From the NCBI GenBank assembly GCA_951406725.2, contig OX597815.1, forward strand, positions 180,048,001-180,112,000: 64,000 nucleotides of DNA, written 5' to 3'. Of this stretch, positions 26,091 through 38,763 are shown in pieces. This DNA is from Octopus vulgaris (Eukaryota). Within the stretch, counting starts at the first letter, position 1; every line of letters starts with the position of its first letter. The translations under genes and the position numbers were made by a program. The notes under the pieces were generated by a model that did no database searches, had not been told where the DNA came from, and worked only from the letters and a program-made list of their open reading frames with translations.

Positions 26091-27091
26091 AAACAAAATA
26101 GATGGCAAAAATTCTCCTCTCTCTCACTCTTTGTCCTTCTTTCTTTGTGATTTTTAACAGTGAATAGTAAACAGAAAAAATTATAAACTTGCTCACAGAT
26201 ATGTGTATAAGCATATTTCATGACCAAGAGAAAGAGCCACAGACTTATCAACATACACACATCTGTAATTTTCAAAAAATTTCTTTCAAACTTGTACGAA
26301 ATATGATAACACTGTCTACAATATGATTATACATATGATATACTAAATATGATGTATTTGTTATTATGAATTGTCCTTTTAATTAATTTTTAAACATAGA
26401 CACATAATTATATGCTGAAAAGGGCTGTTGTCACAGGTTGGGTACAGTCTCAAAATTTAGTTTGGTCTGCTCAACAGAACTAAGTTACCAAAGATTACCA
26501 GTGATGTTTCAAGATGTAAGCATCATCTGCAGAGTTTTGTGGAGGAAAATCTAATTTGTGATTAATTATGAGAAAAGTAACAGGTGATTTATTACATTTG
26601 TTTTCATAAAATTCAATATGAACTTCTGATTAAGAGGTAATTAAGTTTTGAAAAAAAAAAAATAAAACATAAGAGAAAATATTTTTATTTAATATTTTTT
26701 TAATTTTCATATTTTTATTCTTTTTCAAAATGGATAGTCAAGAAACATTCCTATACAGGACTGTTGAAGTCTTTCCTTTATCGAAGTTAAGTTAGTGTTA
26801 ATATGTTTAATGTAGAGAGTGCTGATATGCTAACTGCAGCAAGTAAAAGCAAGTTTTAGTCAGGGACTACTATTATTTTGATCATTTTGACAAGGAAATG
26901 ACTGTAGACATGTTTCTGTCTCAATGAGACCTCATCAACGACACTGACATCACATTACTTGCTCAAGAAGTGATGAGAGATTCACTGAGTAAACCTAAGA
27001 AATTGAAAACTGATTGGCATCAGCAAACAGAGCTGTTTAGAAGTCTGTTTCACTGATGAGGTTGAAATAAGATGAAAACATGTCTGGAGTT

Positions 27092-27130
27092 ATTATTAGT
27101 ATTATTCAGGTCACTGCCAGGCAATGACCC

Positions 27131-27162
<32 letters not shown>

Positions 27163-27398
27163 TTCAGGGACATTTTGAGCGGCAAGAAGAAAATTCTAAC
27201 TGGACCCCACCTGCAAAGGTCATGCACTGTTTATCTTGATATGAAATCGCCATGTCGCGCACATATGGTAGCGATGCATGTGCCTGGTGTACCCTTATCA
27301 GGTGGGTAGTCATGGTGGGTATACTGGGCTTTGTATATTTTACCCCAGTGTCACTTTGATGGCATGCACTGCTCTCTTACTCAATAATAATAATAATA
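27092..27398 (+). mobile_element. SINE-like insertion with 5' inversion, (AAT)n tail and 12-bp TSD
   Basis: ATGTCTGGAGTT at 27080-27091 and 27399-27410; 5' end carries the GGCAGTGACCTGAATAAT head-end in both orientations. Confidence 0.75.
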
Positions 27399-28108
27399 AT
27401 GTCTGGAGTTGTCTCCTAAATATTTCAAAATAATAAAAAGAATATTAGTTAGTACTGATAAACAGTGTATTTTGCCTAACCACATATATTTAATTACAGG
27501 TTTGATATACCTTCATTTAAGTATATCTTAACATTAATTTAACTATTGCTTATTTGATTAAGAATTGATTACTTAAAATCACATTTGATCTGTCAAACTC
27601 AATAAAAGTCACTACTGAGAAAATCTAGCAACTTAAATGTTTTTAAACAAAATTTTGAAATTTAGGATTTTTCTTTTCTTTTACATGGATAATTTATGTG
27701 AATAATTTATGTGAATAATTTATGCGAATAATTTGTGCGAATAATTAACTACAAAACATTGTAGTATAAATCTGTTCAAATTTTGCTCAGGATTTGAGTA
27801 TGGATAACTACATGAAAGATTATTCTTGTTTAGCCCATGGTAAGCCATAGTTGAACAGACCTATGATTAAAGCCACTCTAGCCACCCTTCTTTTATGCCA
27901 TAGCTTATCTCAGACTACATTATCCAATATGTCCTTCTATTTTAAAAAGTTTTAGAGAGTTATTTGAGAGATTTAGTTGCTATAAGTTAGCATGTTGAAC
28001 CGTTATGCTAAAGCTAAGTCAATAATTTACCTTTATGTGGTTAGTCAACCTGCAAGAATTAACATCCAAATCTCCCAGCTGTCTTGAAAAAGGACAGGTG
28101 CTTTAGAT

Positions 28109-28777
28109 CAGTGCTACTCAAAGCGGTGCTGGTCTGTGCACCATCAGTTGCTGGTATGCAGCAACTTTCCAGAAAAGAAAGAAGCATTATAAAATGCTTA
28201 TGTAATATTGTATTATTTGTTTACAAAATAAATCTCTCTATATATAAAGAGCTGAAGTTGTCTGTGTATGGCAGGTTTGGTAGCCTTCAGCTAACACTAT
28301 CTCCTCTGAGACCCTGTGGTGCAAGTTGACCAAAATTGAGAGTATGATAGAAGAAGGCTTGCTCTTCCTTCCAGAGAAAAAAAAATTCAAATCGGACCAT
28401 GTTAACACCAAAAGTTATTTATATCAAAAAGGTGCTTTTTTTCTATGAAAATCCTTATTTTTTATGATTTTTTGACTGCTGTGTCGCCATTTTTCAGTGT
28501 ATTTCAACCAGAAAAATGATCACTTAAAGAGAATAACAAGCTACATAATGCAAAATTTTTGCTTTTCAAAAATTCCAATTCTAAAGGGTTGAAACACACC
28601 TGAGCAACGCCAGGTGATACTGCTAGTATAAGATAAAAACAATTGTCAACTTTTATTATATTGATTATATATATTGTTTCCAGTATAAATTGATATTACT
28701 AAGAAATATTACCAGTCGCTAGCACATCGGAAAAAAAAAATGCCGGTACGCCATATTGTTTAGTTTGAGAAGCACTG
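28109..28777. mobile_element. hAT-like MITE
   Basis: TIRs CAGTGCTACTCAAA / TTTGAGAAGCACTG; 8-bp TSD CTTTAGAT / CTTTACAT. Confidence 0.75.
28233..28626 (+). mobile_element. non-autonomous Helitron nested in the hAT MITE
   Basis: 5' TC(TCTCTATATATAAA), 3' hairpin CACCTG.GC-AAC-GCCAGGTG then CTAG, inserted between A and T, no TSD. Confidence 0.8.
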
Positions 28778-30549
28778 CTTTACATAATGTAGTCCTGGAT
28801 ACATTATGTGTTAAATGAAGGTAGAGTAGTCACAGCTGGTATGTCTTTGATTCTAAGCTTGCTAACTCAGAGCTGATCTGACATTGTGACAGAGGTGATC
28901 TGTTTTGGTGAAAGAACAACCACCTACACAGTCATTGTTTTAATCTAGTTGATAATATAATTGGCTAAAATTTCTCTGCTACTGCAGGTTTCTGATTTTT
29001 AATTTCCGGCAGAGCAAGATTTATAATTTTAACAGGTTTTGGCATATCAGATTTAAAATAATTACTATAATGCTGAAGTGTGTGAACTAAAAGCATTGCT
29101 AGCCATCTCCAAAATGGAAGAGACAAAATTTGATTAAACGGATGTAAGGATAGAATTTAATACAATGGATTTCCAAAGTTCTTGAGAGTGACAAGTACTT
29201 TCAGATATATAACACTCTTTGCAAAAAAAAGAAAAAAAGACCATCGATAGAATTGGCTTCAGAGACACACATTTCCAAACATAAAGAATCTATGTCATTA
29301 AAATAAATTTAAATCTAGATCAAAGATTAAAGACAAAAAATAAGCTGACGCATTTGAGCTACAAAATTTTTTTCCCTAAATAAGTAAACAATGATATAAA
29401 TCCAGAGGTCCAAGATGGGAAAGCAGAATTTGTGGTGTGAGCAAAAGGGGTTGGTTACAAAAGTGGGTTCATACATTCTGAAAGAAATTGTAGCAAGACC
29501 ATTTTCTATCAGGGGACATAGAATACATTGATCTGATGGAAGCTCAAAGCATTAATCTGTAATGATAGGTCATCCTGCTTGTCATGTGAGTTTTGAACAT
29601 TGGTTGAATCCTGTGCTTTGATTGGTTGAGTATTATGTGGGATATGGATCGGAGATCCAATCAAATTGTACGTAATACATTCTCAAACAACTAATCTGAA
29701 TCTGTGCTGGAATCTACCCTCCTTCTATAAATAGGTATAACAAATCATCTATGAAAAGACAGGCAAGTCGTGTTATCTTCCTGCCGTTATTCATCAGAAC
29801 AAAATTAATATAATGGAGTACATGTAACCAATGACAACCAGAGCTGAATTATGCAAACAATGGATAAACTATACAACCACCAGAACTTTTATTTGGTCCA
29901 CTGTACTATTTAAGGGAGGAATAAAGTCTCGCTGCTATTTTTAAAGTTCATTTCTTGTGTTATTTCCATGAGTGAACACACATGTATAGCAGAATGGTAT
30001 GCAAGATTCTGTAGTAAACCAAGGGAGATTTTAGACCACTCTGCTAAAAAATAAACGTAAGAAAATTTCCACCAAGATACAGTAACAGGGAAATAGGATC
30101 AGCTAATTGTTTAATACAACTGTATACAAATATGGATAATTAAGGAACAATTAAGATATTGTGTTAATCTGGATGTTGTATTGAATCGAGAATCACTAAT
30201 TCAAACCTAATTCCATATAATGATAACATTGTGATTCTATACACTCTTTCTTATTAAAATGGTATGTACCAGTAATCCTGGAACCTATTCTCTATACTGG
30301 CTTCATTAAAGTAATCAACTTAGAATTAAGTATTCTACCTATAGACCAATAAAACACTTGTAGCGAAATTGTATTCCTGACTAACCAGTCATATATCTAA
30401 CATTTTATCAACAAAACTATTTATATAAATTATTAATTTGAATAATAACAACAGACATATTTCCTAAATATCAAAGAGCTTTGAAGATAGTTACTTTAAA
30501 AAATGTGGAGGCACATGGCCTAGTGGTTAGAGCAGCAGACTCGTGGTCA

Positions 30550-30912
30550 AGCTTTGGAGAATTCTAGTTGAACAAATCAACTCCAGTATCTATTCTATTT
30601 TTCTTTTTAAAGCCCAGGACTTATCTTATCAATCTCTTTTCCCAAACTGTTAAGTCATAGGGACGTAAACACACCAACACCAGTTGTCAAGCAGTGGTGG
30701 TGGGGGCAAACACAGACACAAAGACACACACATACATAGACATGTGTGTGTGATGGGATCTTTCAGTTTCCATCCACCAAATCCATTCACAAGGCCTTGA
30801 TCAGCAAGAGGCTATAGTTGAAAATATTTGCCCAGGGTGCCATGCAAAAGGATTGAACCAAAAACCATGTGGTTGGGAAACAAACTTCTTGCTACATAGC
30901 TATGCCTGTGCT
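30550..30912 (-). mobile_element. SINE family B, diverged
   Basis: similarity to 12118-12528. Confidence 0.7.
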
Positions 30913-31055
30913 TGTAAAAGTTTTACTAAGAACTCCCTTCAATAGGATTGATCCCCTGTCTAGGATGTTTATATGTGGCTGTGCCCAAAAGACCATCGAG
31001 ACCACCAAGGCAACATGTAACAATTTTTAAAAAGACTTCTGAATAAACCAGAATA

Positions 31056-31379
31056 TTCTACTATGTCTGGGGAGAGTCATTTTCTTTTTGTGCCTTATTA
31101 TGTAACATACTCACCGGTAAAATTTCCACGTTTTTCTTATTTTTATTGTCCGAAAATTTTCATTGCGTCTTGCAACCTTTTCAATAGTTTTGACTCAATC
31201 GTTTTCCAAGACACAACGAAAATTTTAGGACAATAAAGATATGAAAAACATGGAAATTTTACTGGTGAGTGTGTTACATAATAAGGCACAAAAAGAAAAT
31301 GACTCTCCTCAGACACAATAGAATATGCTTCAACACACGAACTCATATAAAGAATCTTGCAAAACAAATCCAAACACAA
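31056..31379. mobile_element. fold-back element with 14-bp flanking duplication and degenerate HHR-like motif
   Basis: arms ~31052-31172 / 31207-31326; AATAAACCAGAATA at 31042-31055 and 31380-31393. Confidence 0.75.
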
Positions 31380-33359
31380 AATAAACCAGAATAATTCAAT
31401 TCAAATGACAAAAATAGGTGCAAAGTTGAAATTTAGAGAATCTTACCAGCAAAAAAAAAATGAGCAAAACAATTTAATATTTCTGAGATACTGAAGGAAG
31501 AATACTAACCATGGGTAGCCTCAGAGTTATATGAGAGAAAGTGACAGAGCCTTCAGAATGCTTTCAAAATGTATTTTGAAAATTTCTCATTAAAATTTCA
31601 AAGAAAACAAGATTTCTGATTTAAATGTTTTATATGCAAGATAATGAATATACATCATTATGTTTAATTACTCTAAATTTCAAATGTTTTTTTTTTATAA
31701 TTATTTTAGCTTTTTATTTCAGAAATCGACTTTTCAAGTTGGCTCTTTATCCTTGATACTCTAATGTAATAAGAAAATAGAATATTCACAACATATAATC
31801 AAATATTTCAAACAGGAAAAAAATGTTAGCTACCACAGATGCTAATTTTCATACAGGAGATTCACTAAAAAAATTACTACATAAAAAAAAGTGTATATAA
31901 AAAAAAAAAAGAGAGGAAATAATCACATGGTGATGAACAAGAAATAAAAATCAGATTCTAATCATTTTGGAATTATTCTAGAAAATGTAAATATTCACAC
32001 AATATCAATATCTGTGTGCAAAACACTAAGCTTGTGTCTGCAGCCATAAAAACCTAAGAGTAAAATTTCAATCTATGGAGCCTGGCTATATTTAATTTTT
32101 AAATCAATTTACCAATAGTGCTTCACCTTATTAGTGTTTAGGCTTCATAAAACACAACAGATAGAAGCATATGGTACAATATTATGTTACATAATGAGGT
32201 AAGAGAGTTTATATGATGTCTAGAAGGGAGTCATTGATCCCAAACTACAAAAAGCAGTTCATTGATTTATTCATATATCATTCCACAATGACTGGTGATA
32301 TTGATTTCTTTCAACAGAGTCTAAAGAACTGATTTATACAATAAGGAAAATTGTATGATATAATGACACATATGCTTTTTTCCGAAAAGCATTACCAACA
32401 CATGTAAAGCGGAATCTCTTCTGTCGAGAATTAAAAGAAGATTGTAAATAAAAATTGCAGGGAGATTAATTTTTCTTCATCAGCCTTTACTACGCACACA
32501 TACTTAACCAAACAGCCTTTAGGAGAAGAGAGAAAAAATTCTGCTAAGTTCTTGTTTTTCTCAAGGATATAAGTGCTGTAAATGAATTTGCTCTGCTGTG
32601 ACCTCACCACCTACTTACCATTTTGGAGTATTATTAGCTTCCTCTTTAGAGCCACAAGGTTTAAGGATGAAAATAATTGTAAGAGAGATATTGCTGATAC
32701 TTCATCAAACCCAGATGGATGAAAAGCAAAGGCAAGCGGCAACAGAGTTTGAAATCCCTCACAGGAATAAAAATCAATAGCGTAAGATATTCAGCTTGGT
32801 GCCATACCATTTTTACAAAATCAACAACCTACCAAATTAATAATGTATTTAGTAATAAACTCCAAATGAGCCAAGTTCACAACCCAGTTTAAATTCTTAA
32901 TTAAAATACCCTTGATAATGATTCAAATGTCAAACTTTCCTCTTTTCCTGAAATTCCAAAATCTTGTGACTATATAAGAAAATCAATATTAATAAAATCA
33001 TTCCAAAAATAAGTTATCAGATTCTGTTCAAATATAGCATCAAAATTTTCCCCAGCAAAGAACTTACTGCGTTCAAAATGGAAGCTAGATGTTTTAAGCT
33101 CTAAATTTTATCTCCACATGCTTTTCGTGAAGGTTACCTTATGTTTAGTGAAGCAAAGCTAACTGGTGATATCCAACAGCTACAACGGCATTTACAAGGT
33201 CATAATCTCTGAATATCATTCAATAATCTTTCGTACTTAGGCAAGGAAGTGGAATGAATTTGCTTTTTCACAAATTTGGAAATTTTAATATGGCTAAAGA
33301 CTTGTTTCTTACTTCTAAATGCTTTCACAGAATGCTAACCTTTCAGCTGTGAGATGGTT

Positions 33360-33675
33360 AGATGATGACAGGTTAGCTTGGAACGTTAAGCAGTTGTGGT
33401 CGATGAAAAAAGGTGGTAGTAGTATCAATAATTGTCGGAGCCCTGGGAACGGTGAGTAAAAATCTTGAGAAGCTCACGGAACAAATAGGGGCTGCAATAA
33501 AGGTGGAGCACTTGCAGAAAACAGCACTGCTTCGAACCACTCGAATACTCTGGAAGGTGCTTGAAAAATAAGGGGTGTTACTTTAGTTCACTGGGAGTGA
33601 ACAGCTGACACCATAGAACAGCTCCAGCATTAGAAGCTGTGCAAAGAAGATCTTCATCATCATCATAATGATGAT
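33360..33675 (+). mobile_element. R4/Dong-like non-LTR element 3' fragment (restriction-like endonuclease C-terminus)
   Basis: translates (one frameshift) to LWSMKK/VVVVSIIVGALGTVSKNLEK..QIGAAIKVEHLQKTALLRTTRILWKVLEK*. Confidence 0.7.
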
Positions 33676-34710
33676 TTTTTCTTTTCCTTATTTTTAAGGC
33701 AGACAAACTGAAATCATCACTGGCTATGGCAAGACTAATGTACCAGCTATGTGATCAGTCATCCAGTAGTTTAACCTCACTGACATTGTACCAGTGCATT
33801 TTAGGTACAATTAAAATCTTTTCTATAGAGAGCAAACTTTACATTGGAAATGTGTGGTAAAAATCAAAATACTTTGATACTGTGTGGACTGAGGTCCCTG
33901 TTCACAGGCCCCTGATATTTAAAATGAAGCAGAAATACTTACTGTCTGCAAAATTAGTTGCCCCAGTTGCCTGTAGCTACTGAAATAGTTGAGTATATAA
34001 ACAGATAGGCTGCTTGTTTCTCTGGGGTTGGTCAAATTGATATAAGAACCACTGATGAGAGTCCAATAATATTCAAAAATCGAATAAGGCAGTTCATTAT
34101 TTTTTCAGTCTATGAAGAAATAACTAAATTAGCTCCGTTTATAAATGTACTATATAGGTTACATATATAATTATACACAACACTACGTGATCATAGGATG
34201 TAAGCATGGCTGTGTGCTTAAGAATTTCACTTATGCTACCAGGTTTCTTACCACTGCATGGCTTTTGGGGCAAGTATCTTCTATTATAGCCTTGGATGGA
34301 TTAATGTCTTGTAAACATTGCTGAGGCAGAATTTTCTATGGCTGGATGCCAAGTCTCACTGGTTTCCAAGCATGATAGCAATTCCCTTTGTCTATCAACC
34401 AACAAACAACCTGGACATGTTTTTTGTGGAGGACTGCCAACTAATGACCTTGTGTCTGTCAATGATGAGGCTTTTTTGTTTACGATCAGCATGTGCATTG
34501 GGAATATGCACTCCGTCTCACTCATATGTACATATATACAAATGTAATGGACTTCTCCACATTTCGTCTATTAAATTTCACTCAAAATATATTGGCTGTC
34601 ATTCACAATGTATTGCAGCTAGAGTAGAAGAGATGAGCAAACTTCTAAAACCATGATGCCATATCTGCATCTCTCTCTCTCTCTCTCTCTCTACATATAT
34701 ATATATATAT

Positions 34711-34907
34711 AGTTAATCCAAACAAGAAAACACAAAAAAACACAGCAACGCGAGGACGTGGAACAAATAAAGTATTATTGGATGCTCAGGAAAGAAGGGA
34801 AGGAGTGTTTAACGTTTTGAGCGGAGCTCTTCGTCGGAAACAAAGGAGAAGGAAAGATCCCGAGAAGGGAAGACAGAGGAAAAAAAATTGCTGGCGGTGC
34901 TCACGAG

Positions 34908-34912
<5 letters not shown>
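34711..34912 (-). mobile_element. (TA)n-embedded short repeat with HHR-like motif (34806-34842)
   Basis: minus strand UGUUU-CCGACGA-A-GAGC-UCC-GCUC-AAAACGUU-AAACA. Confidence 0.65.
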
Positions 34913-34943
<31 letters not shown>

Positions 34944-34959
34944 TAAATATACACACACA

Positions 34960-35332
34960 CTCTTACTCTTTTACTTGTTTCAGTCATTTGACTGCGGTCA
35001 TGCTGGAGCACCAACTTTAGTCGAGTAAATTGACTCCAGGACTTATTCTTTGTAAGCCTAGTACTTATTCTATCGGCCTCTTTTGCTGAACTGCTAAGTT
35101 ACAGGGACGTAAACACACCAGCATTCGTCGTCAAGCGATGTTGGGGGACACACACAGACATACAAACATATACACGCACATAAATATATATATATACATA
35201 TAAACAACGGGCTTCTTTTAGTTTCCATCTACCAAATCCACTCACAAGGCTTTGGTCGGCCCAAAGCTATAGTAGAAAACACTTGAACGTGGAACCATGT
35301 GGTTGGTAAGCAAGCTACTTACCACATAGCCA
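34960..35332 (-). mobile_element. SINE family B (internal deletion)
   Basis: matches 12118-12528. Confidence 0.8.
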
Positions 35333-35336
35333 ATCC

Positions 35337-35380
<44 letters not shown>

Positions 35381-35776
35381 TGGAGCAAATATTTTATGAG
35401 AAAAAGTAATTCATAGGAAAAATAATTTGCAAAGATATCATTGACTCTATAATTGTCAAGTGTAACAATTTTAAAAGGGTAGTAACAGAATCAAAAATAT
35501 AGGCGATTGTGCCACCCCCCTCCCCCCAAAAAAGCATTAAATAGCTGAAGGATTAAAATCAATCAAAGGACATACTAAGTATGTCTACCTATTTTTTTTC
35601 TTGTGAAATATTTGCTCCATATTGAAATTATTTTCACACTGGTGGCTGCCATGATTCGGCACAAAATGAAACAGTTGCAACACAGACTTCAGCATGATGG
35701 GTTGGGGCCTTCCATCATGGTAACGCATGCTGAGGAAGACGGGGCTGTAATGCCAGTCCAGAAACTGGTCCACGTG

Positions 35777-36198
35777 AGTCCGAGTACTTGAATGTATGCT
35801 GAGAGATTATCTGAACTCATTCGCCTTCAGACGGTTGATTTCAGTAGTTATTATCAGTATATTTTGACTATTTAAATAAGAGATTTGACTGTTATTTCCA
35901 GCAGGTAGACATACTTAGTCCGAGTACTTGAATGTATGCTGAGAGATTATCTGAACCCATTTGCCTTCAGTCAGTTGATTTCAGTAGTTATTATCAGTAT
36001 ATTTTGACGATTTAAATAAGAGATTTGACTGATATTTCCAGCAGGTAGACATACTTAGTCCGAGTACTTGAATGTATGCTGAGAGATTATCTGAACCCAT
36101 TTGACTTCAGATGGTTCATTTCAGTAGTTATCAGTATATTTTGACGATTTAAATAAGAGATTTGACTGATATTTCCAGCAGGTAGACATACTTAGTAT
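35777..36198 (+). repeat. tandem repeat, 3 x ~140 bp
   Basis: AGTCCGAGTACTTGAATGTATGCTGAGAGATTATCTGAAC...CAGGTAGACATACTT repeated three times. Confidence 0.92.
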
Positions 36199-36210
36199 GT
36201 CCTTTGATTA

Positions 36211-36245
<35 letters not shown>

Positions 36246-36934
36246 ATTATGATGATGATGATGATGATTTGTGCAAATCTGAGAACACGGTGGTTTAATC
36301 CAATTACAAACTCTAACTGGACTTGATAAATATAGACTATACACAATATAGAAAGATTTTTTTTTTATTTTTCTGGATAAACTGTTATCACAAGACAGAA
36401 GGAAATTCATTTTCATATTTTTCTTTTGTCTTTTTATTTTTTCGTGGGGTTTTTCTAATGTTGAAAATCCTTGTATCATCGCTTTACTGTTGACAATAAT
36501 CAGCAAAACAAAAGATTATACGAGCAAACGTCATGAGATAAGTATAGAGCAGAATGCAAATCAGAGTGATTATCAAAGTATGCAAGCCAGGATTAGAAGA
36601 ACAAGTGATGGCAAATAGGATTATTTACAACTCAATGACTATGCTATTTAAAAGCTACAATCACATGTGACACCACAGAACAGTACAGAGACTAGGAAGA
36701 AACTGTGCTGTTGTCTTACTTTTTACTGAACTTGCAGATACACAGGAAATCTGTTTCTTCATATTTGCAAGTGTTACAGAAGAGCTAATGAGTGAACCTT
36801 CGTGCAGGCACTTGAACTGCTAGAAATAGCAGGTCAAGTACTTGCATGTGATTCGAGGAAGAGTTGAGCTGAATTTTAAGTACCTGAAACTTTTGGCATT
36901 CAGATTACTCTGTCGAATATAAGTTCCGTTCACT

Positions 36935-37452
36935 ATCATCATCATCATCATCATCATCGTTTAACGTCTGCTTTCCATGCTAACATGGGTTGGACGTATG
37001 ACTGAGGGCTGGCGAACCAGATGGCTGCACCAGACTGCTTTCCATGCTAACATGGGTTGGACGAATGACTGAGGGCTGGCGAACCAGATGGCTGCACCAG
37101 ACTTCAATCTTGATCTGGCAGAGTTTCTACAGCTGGATGCCCTTCCTAACTCCAACCACTCCAAGAGTGTAGTGGGTGCTTTTACGTGCCACTGGCATGA
37201 GGGCCAGTCAGGCGGTACTGGCAACAACCTCTCTCAAATCTTTTACACATGCCACCAGCACAGGGGCCAGTAAGGCGATGCTGGTAACGATCACGCTCAA
37301 ATGGTGTCTTTTATGTGCCACCGGCACGGAGGCCAAATAGCCGCTCTGGCAATGATCACGCTCGGATGGTGCTCTTAATACCCTACTAGCACGGGGCTCG
37401 AGTGCCAGTAATGTGACGCTGGTAACGATCACGCTCGAATGGTGCCTTTTAA
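36935..37452 (-). mobile_element. RTE 3'-UTR fragment with 67-bp tandem duplication and modular repeats
   Basis: (CAT)n end; duplicated 36968-37034/37035-37101. Confidence 0.8.
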
Positions 37453-38146
37453 GTTGTTTTGAATTAATTTTACATTATCTCATAGTTTCAAGATATCAAC
37501 AATGTAATTCTTATTTATTTTTAGTATGACATTGTAAGGTAGGTGTGAGAGGCTGGACCTGGCCAGTTACACCATAAAACAAGTAGAATGTTTGGATCTG
37601 ATATGGTCAGTTTAAATTCTAAAAGATTAAAAGTAGACATGGGACACACTGGACAAAGATATTAATTGATACCTAATTTATTTTAATCAAAGTGTAAGAA
37701 CAACTTCCATGGATCAAGGATATATTTGTTTCAAATTCTGGCACAAGGCTAGCAATTTCAGAGAAAGGGGTGGGTCAGTTACATTGACTCCAGTGCTCAA
37801 CTGGTACTGTATGAGCTCTGAAAGGATGAAAGGTAAAGTCAACCTTGGCAGAATTTAAACTCAATGTACAGACAAAATGCTGCTAAGCGATTTGCTTGGA
37901 TTGCTAATGAGTCTACCAGTTCAGTTCTGTTTAAGTTGACATTGGTAAGTCTTTTATTGTCCCAAAACAAATGACAAGCAAAGTTAATCTTGGCAAGGTT
38001 TAAACTTGAAACTGAGAAAGATGAATCTAAAGATTGCAATCTATTTAGTTAGGTGCTGCATCATCTTTATCCTCTTTACTTCCTTATATACTCACCATAT
38101 TAGGGTACACCCAGTGTTCTTTTAACTAGTCTGTTGCATAAAGTTT

Positions 38147-38372
38147 GACCCTTTCATTACTGAATTTATTTTGAGATGCTCTGTGTTTCTTTCACTTACT
38201 TTAATATAACAAAGAATTTAACAAAATATCTTCGTTATCGTTAAGCTAGTGTTAGGAACATAAACTGTGACTAAGGTTTGGTGGAAGATTTTAATTCAAA
38301 ACTTATGAAAACAAGACATTTATACTAAAGAGCCAAAGCTGGTTTCAGCCGGGTTGGTAACGAAAGGGTTAA
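38147..38372. mobile_element. TTAA-type MITE (family F)
   Basis: termini ACCCTTTC.TTAC...GTAACGAAAGGGTTAA; same as units at 44027-44974. Confidence 0.8.
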
Positions 38373-38376
38373 AATT

Positions 38377-38751
38377 GTAGGAGTAGCTGTGTGGTAAGTA
38401 GTTTGCTTACCAACCACATGGTTCCGAGTTCAGTCCCACTGTGTGGCACTTTGGGCAAGTGTCTTCTACTATAGCCTCAGGCTGACCAAAGCCTTGTGAG
38501 TGGATTTGGCAGATGGAAACTGAAAGAAGCCCGTCGTATATATGTATGTTTGTGTGTCTGTGTTTGTCCCCCCAACATCGCTTGACAACTGATGCTGGTG
38601 TGTTTACATCCCTGTAACTTAGCGGTTCGGTAAAAGTGACGGATAGAATAAGTACTAGGCTTACAAAGAATAAGTCCTGGGAGCGATTTGCTCGACCAAA
38701 AGCAGTGCTCCAGCATGGCCACAGTCACATGGCTGAAACAAAAAATAAAGA
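38377..38751 (+). mobile_element. SINE family B
   Basis: matches family pattern. Confidence 0.82.
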
Positions 38752-38763
38752 GTTTGGGTTTTT

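Noticed and set aside
32400-32490. Minus-strand CTGATGA with possible stem I GTAAAG/CTTTAC
   Set aside because: GAAA core replaced by GACA and stem II long and weak; too degenerate to call
34045-34100. CTGATGA motifs at ~34052, ~48824, ~50842 and minus ~29791
   Set aside because: No properly placed stem II-GAAA-UH-stem I; consistent with chance occurrence
35603-35791. 62-aa ORF ending near a GTGAGT donor-like site
   Set aside because: No acceptor and no recognisable homology; lies in a rearranged repeat region
35777-36198. Possible CRISPR-like array
   Set aside because: Whole ~140-bp units are repeated with no unique spacers; eukaryotic context
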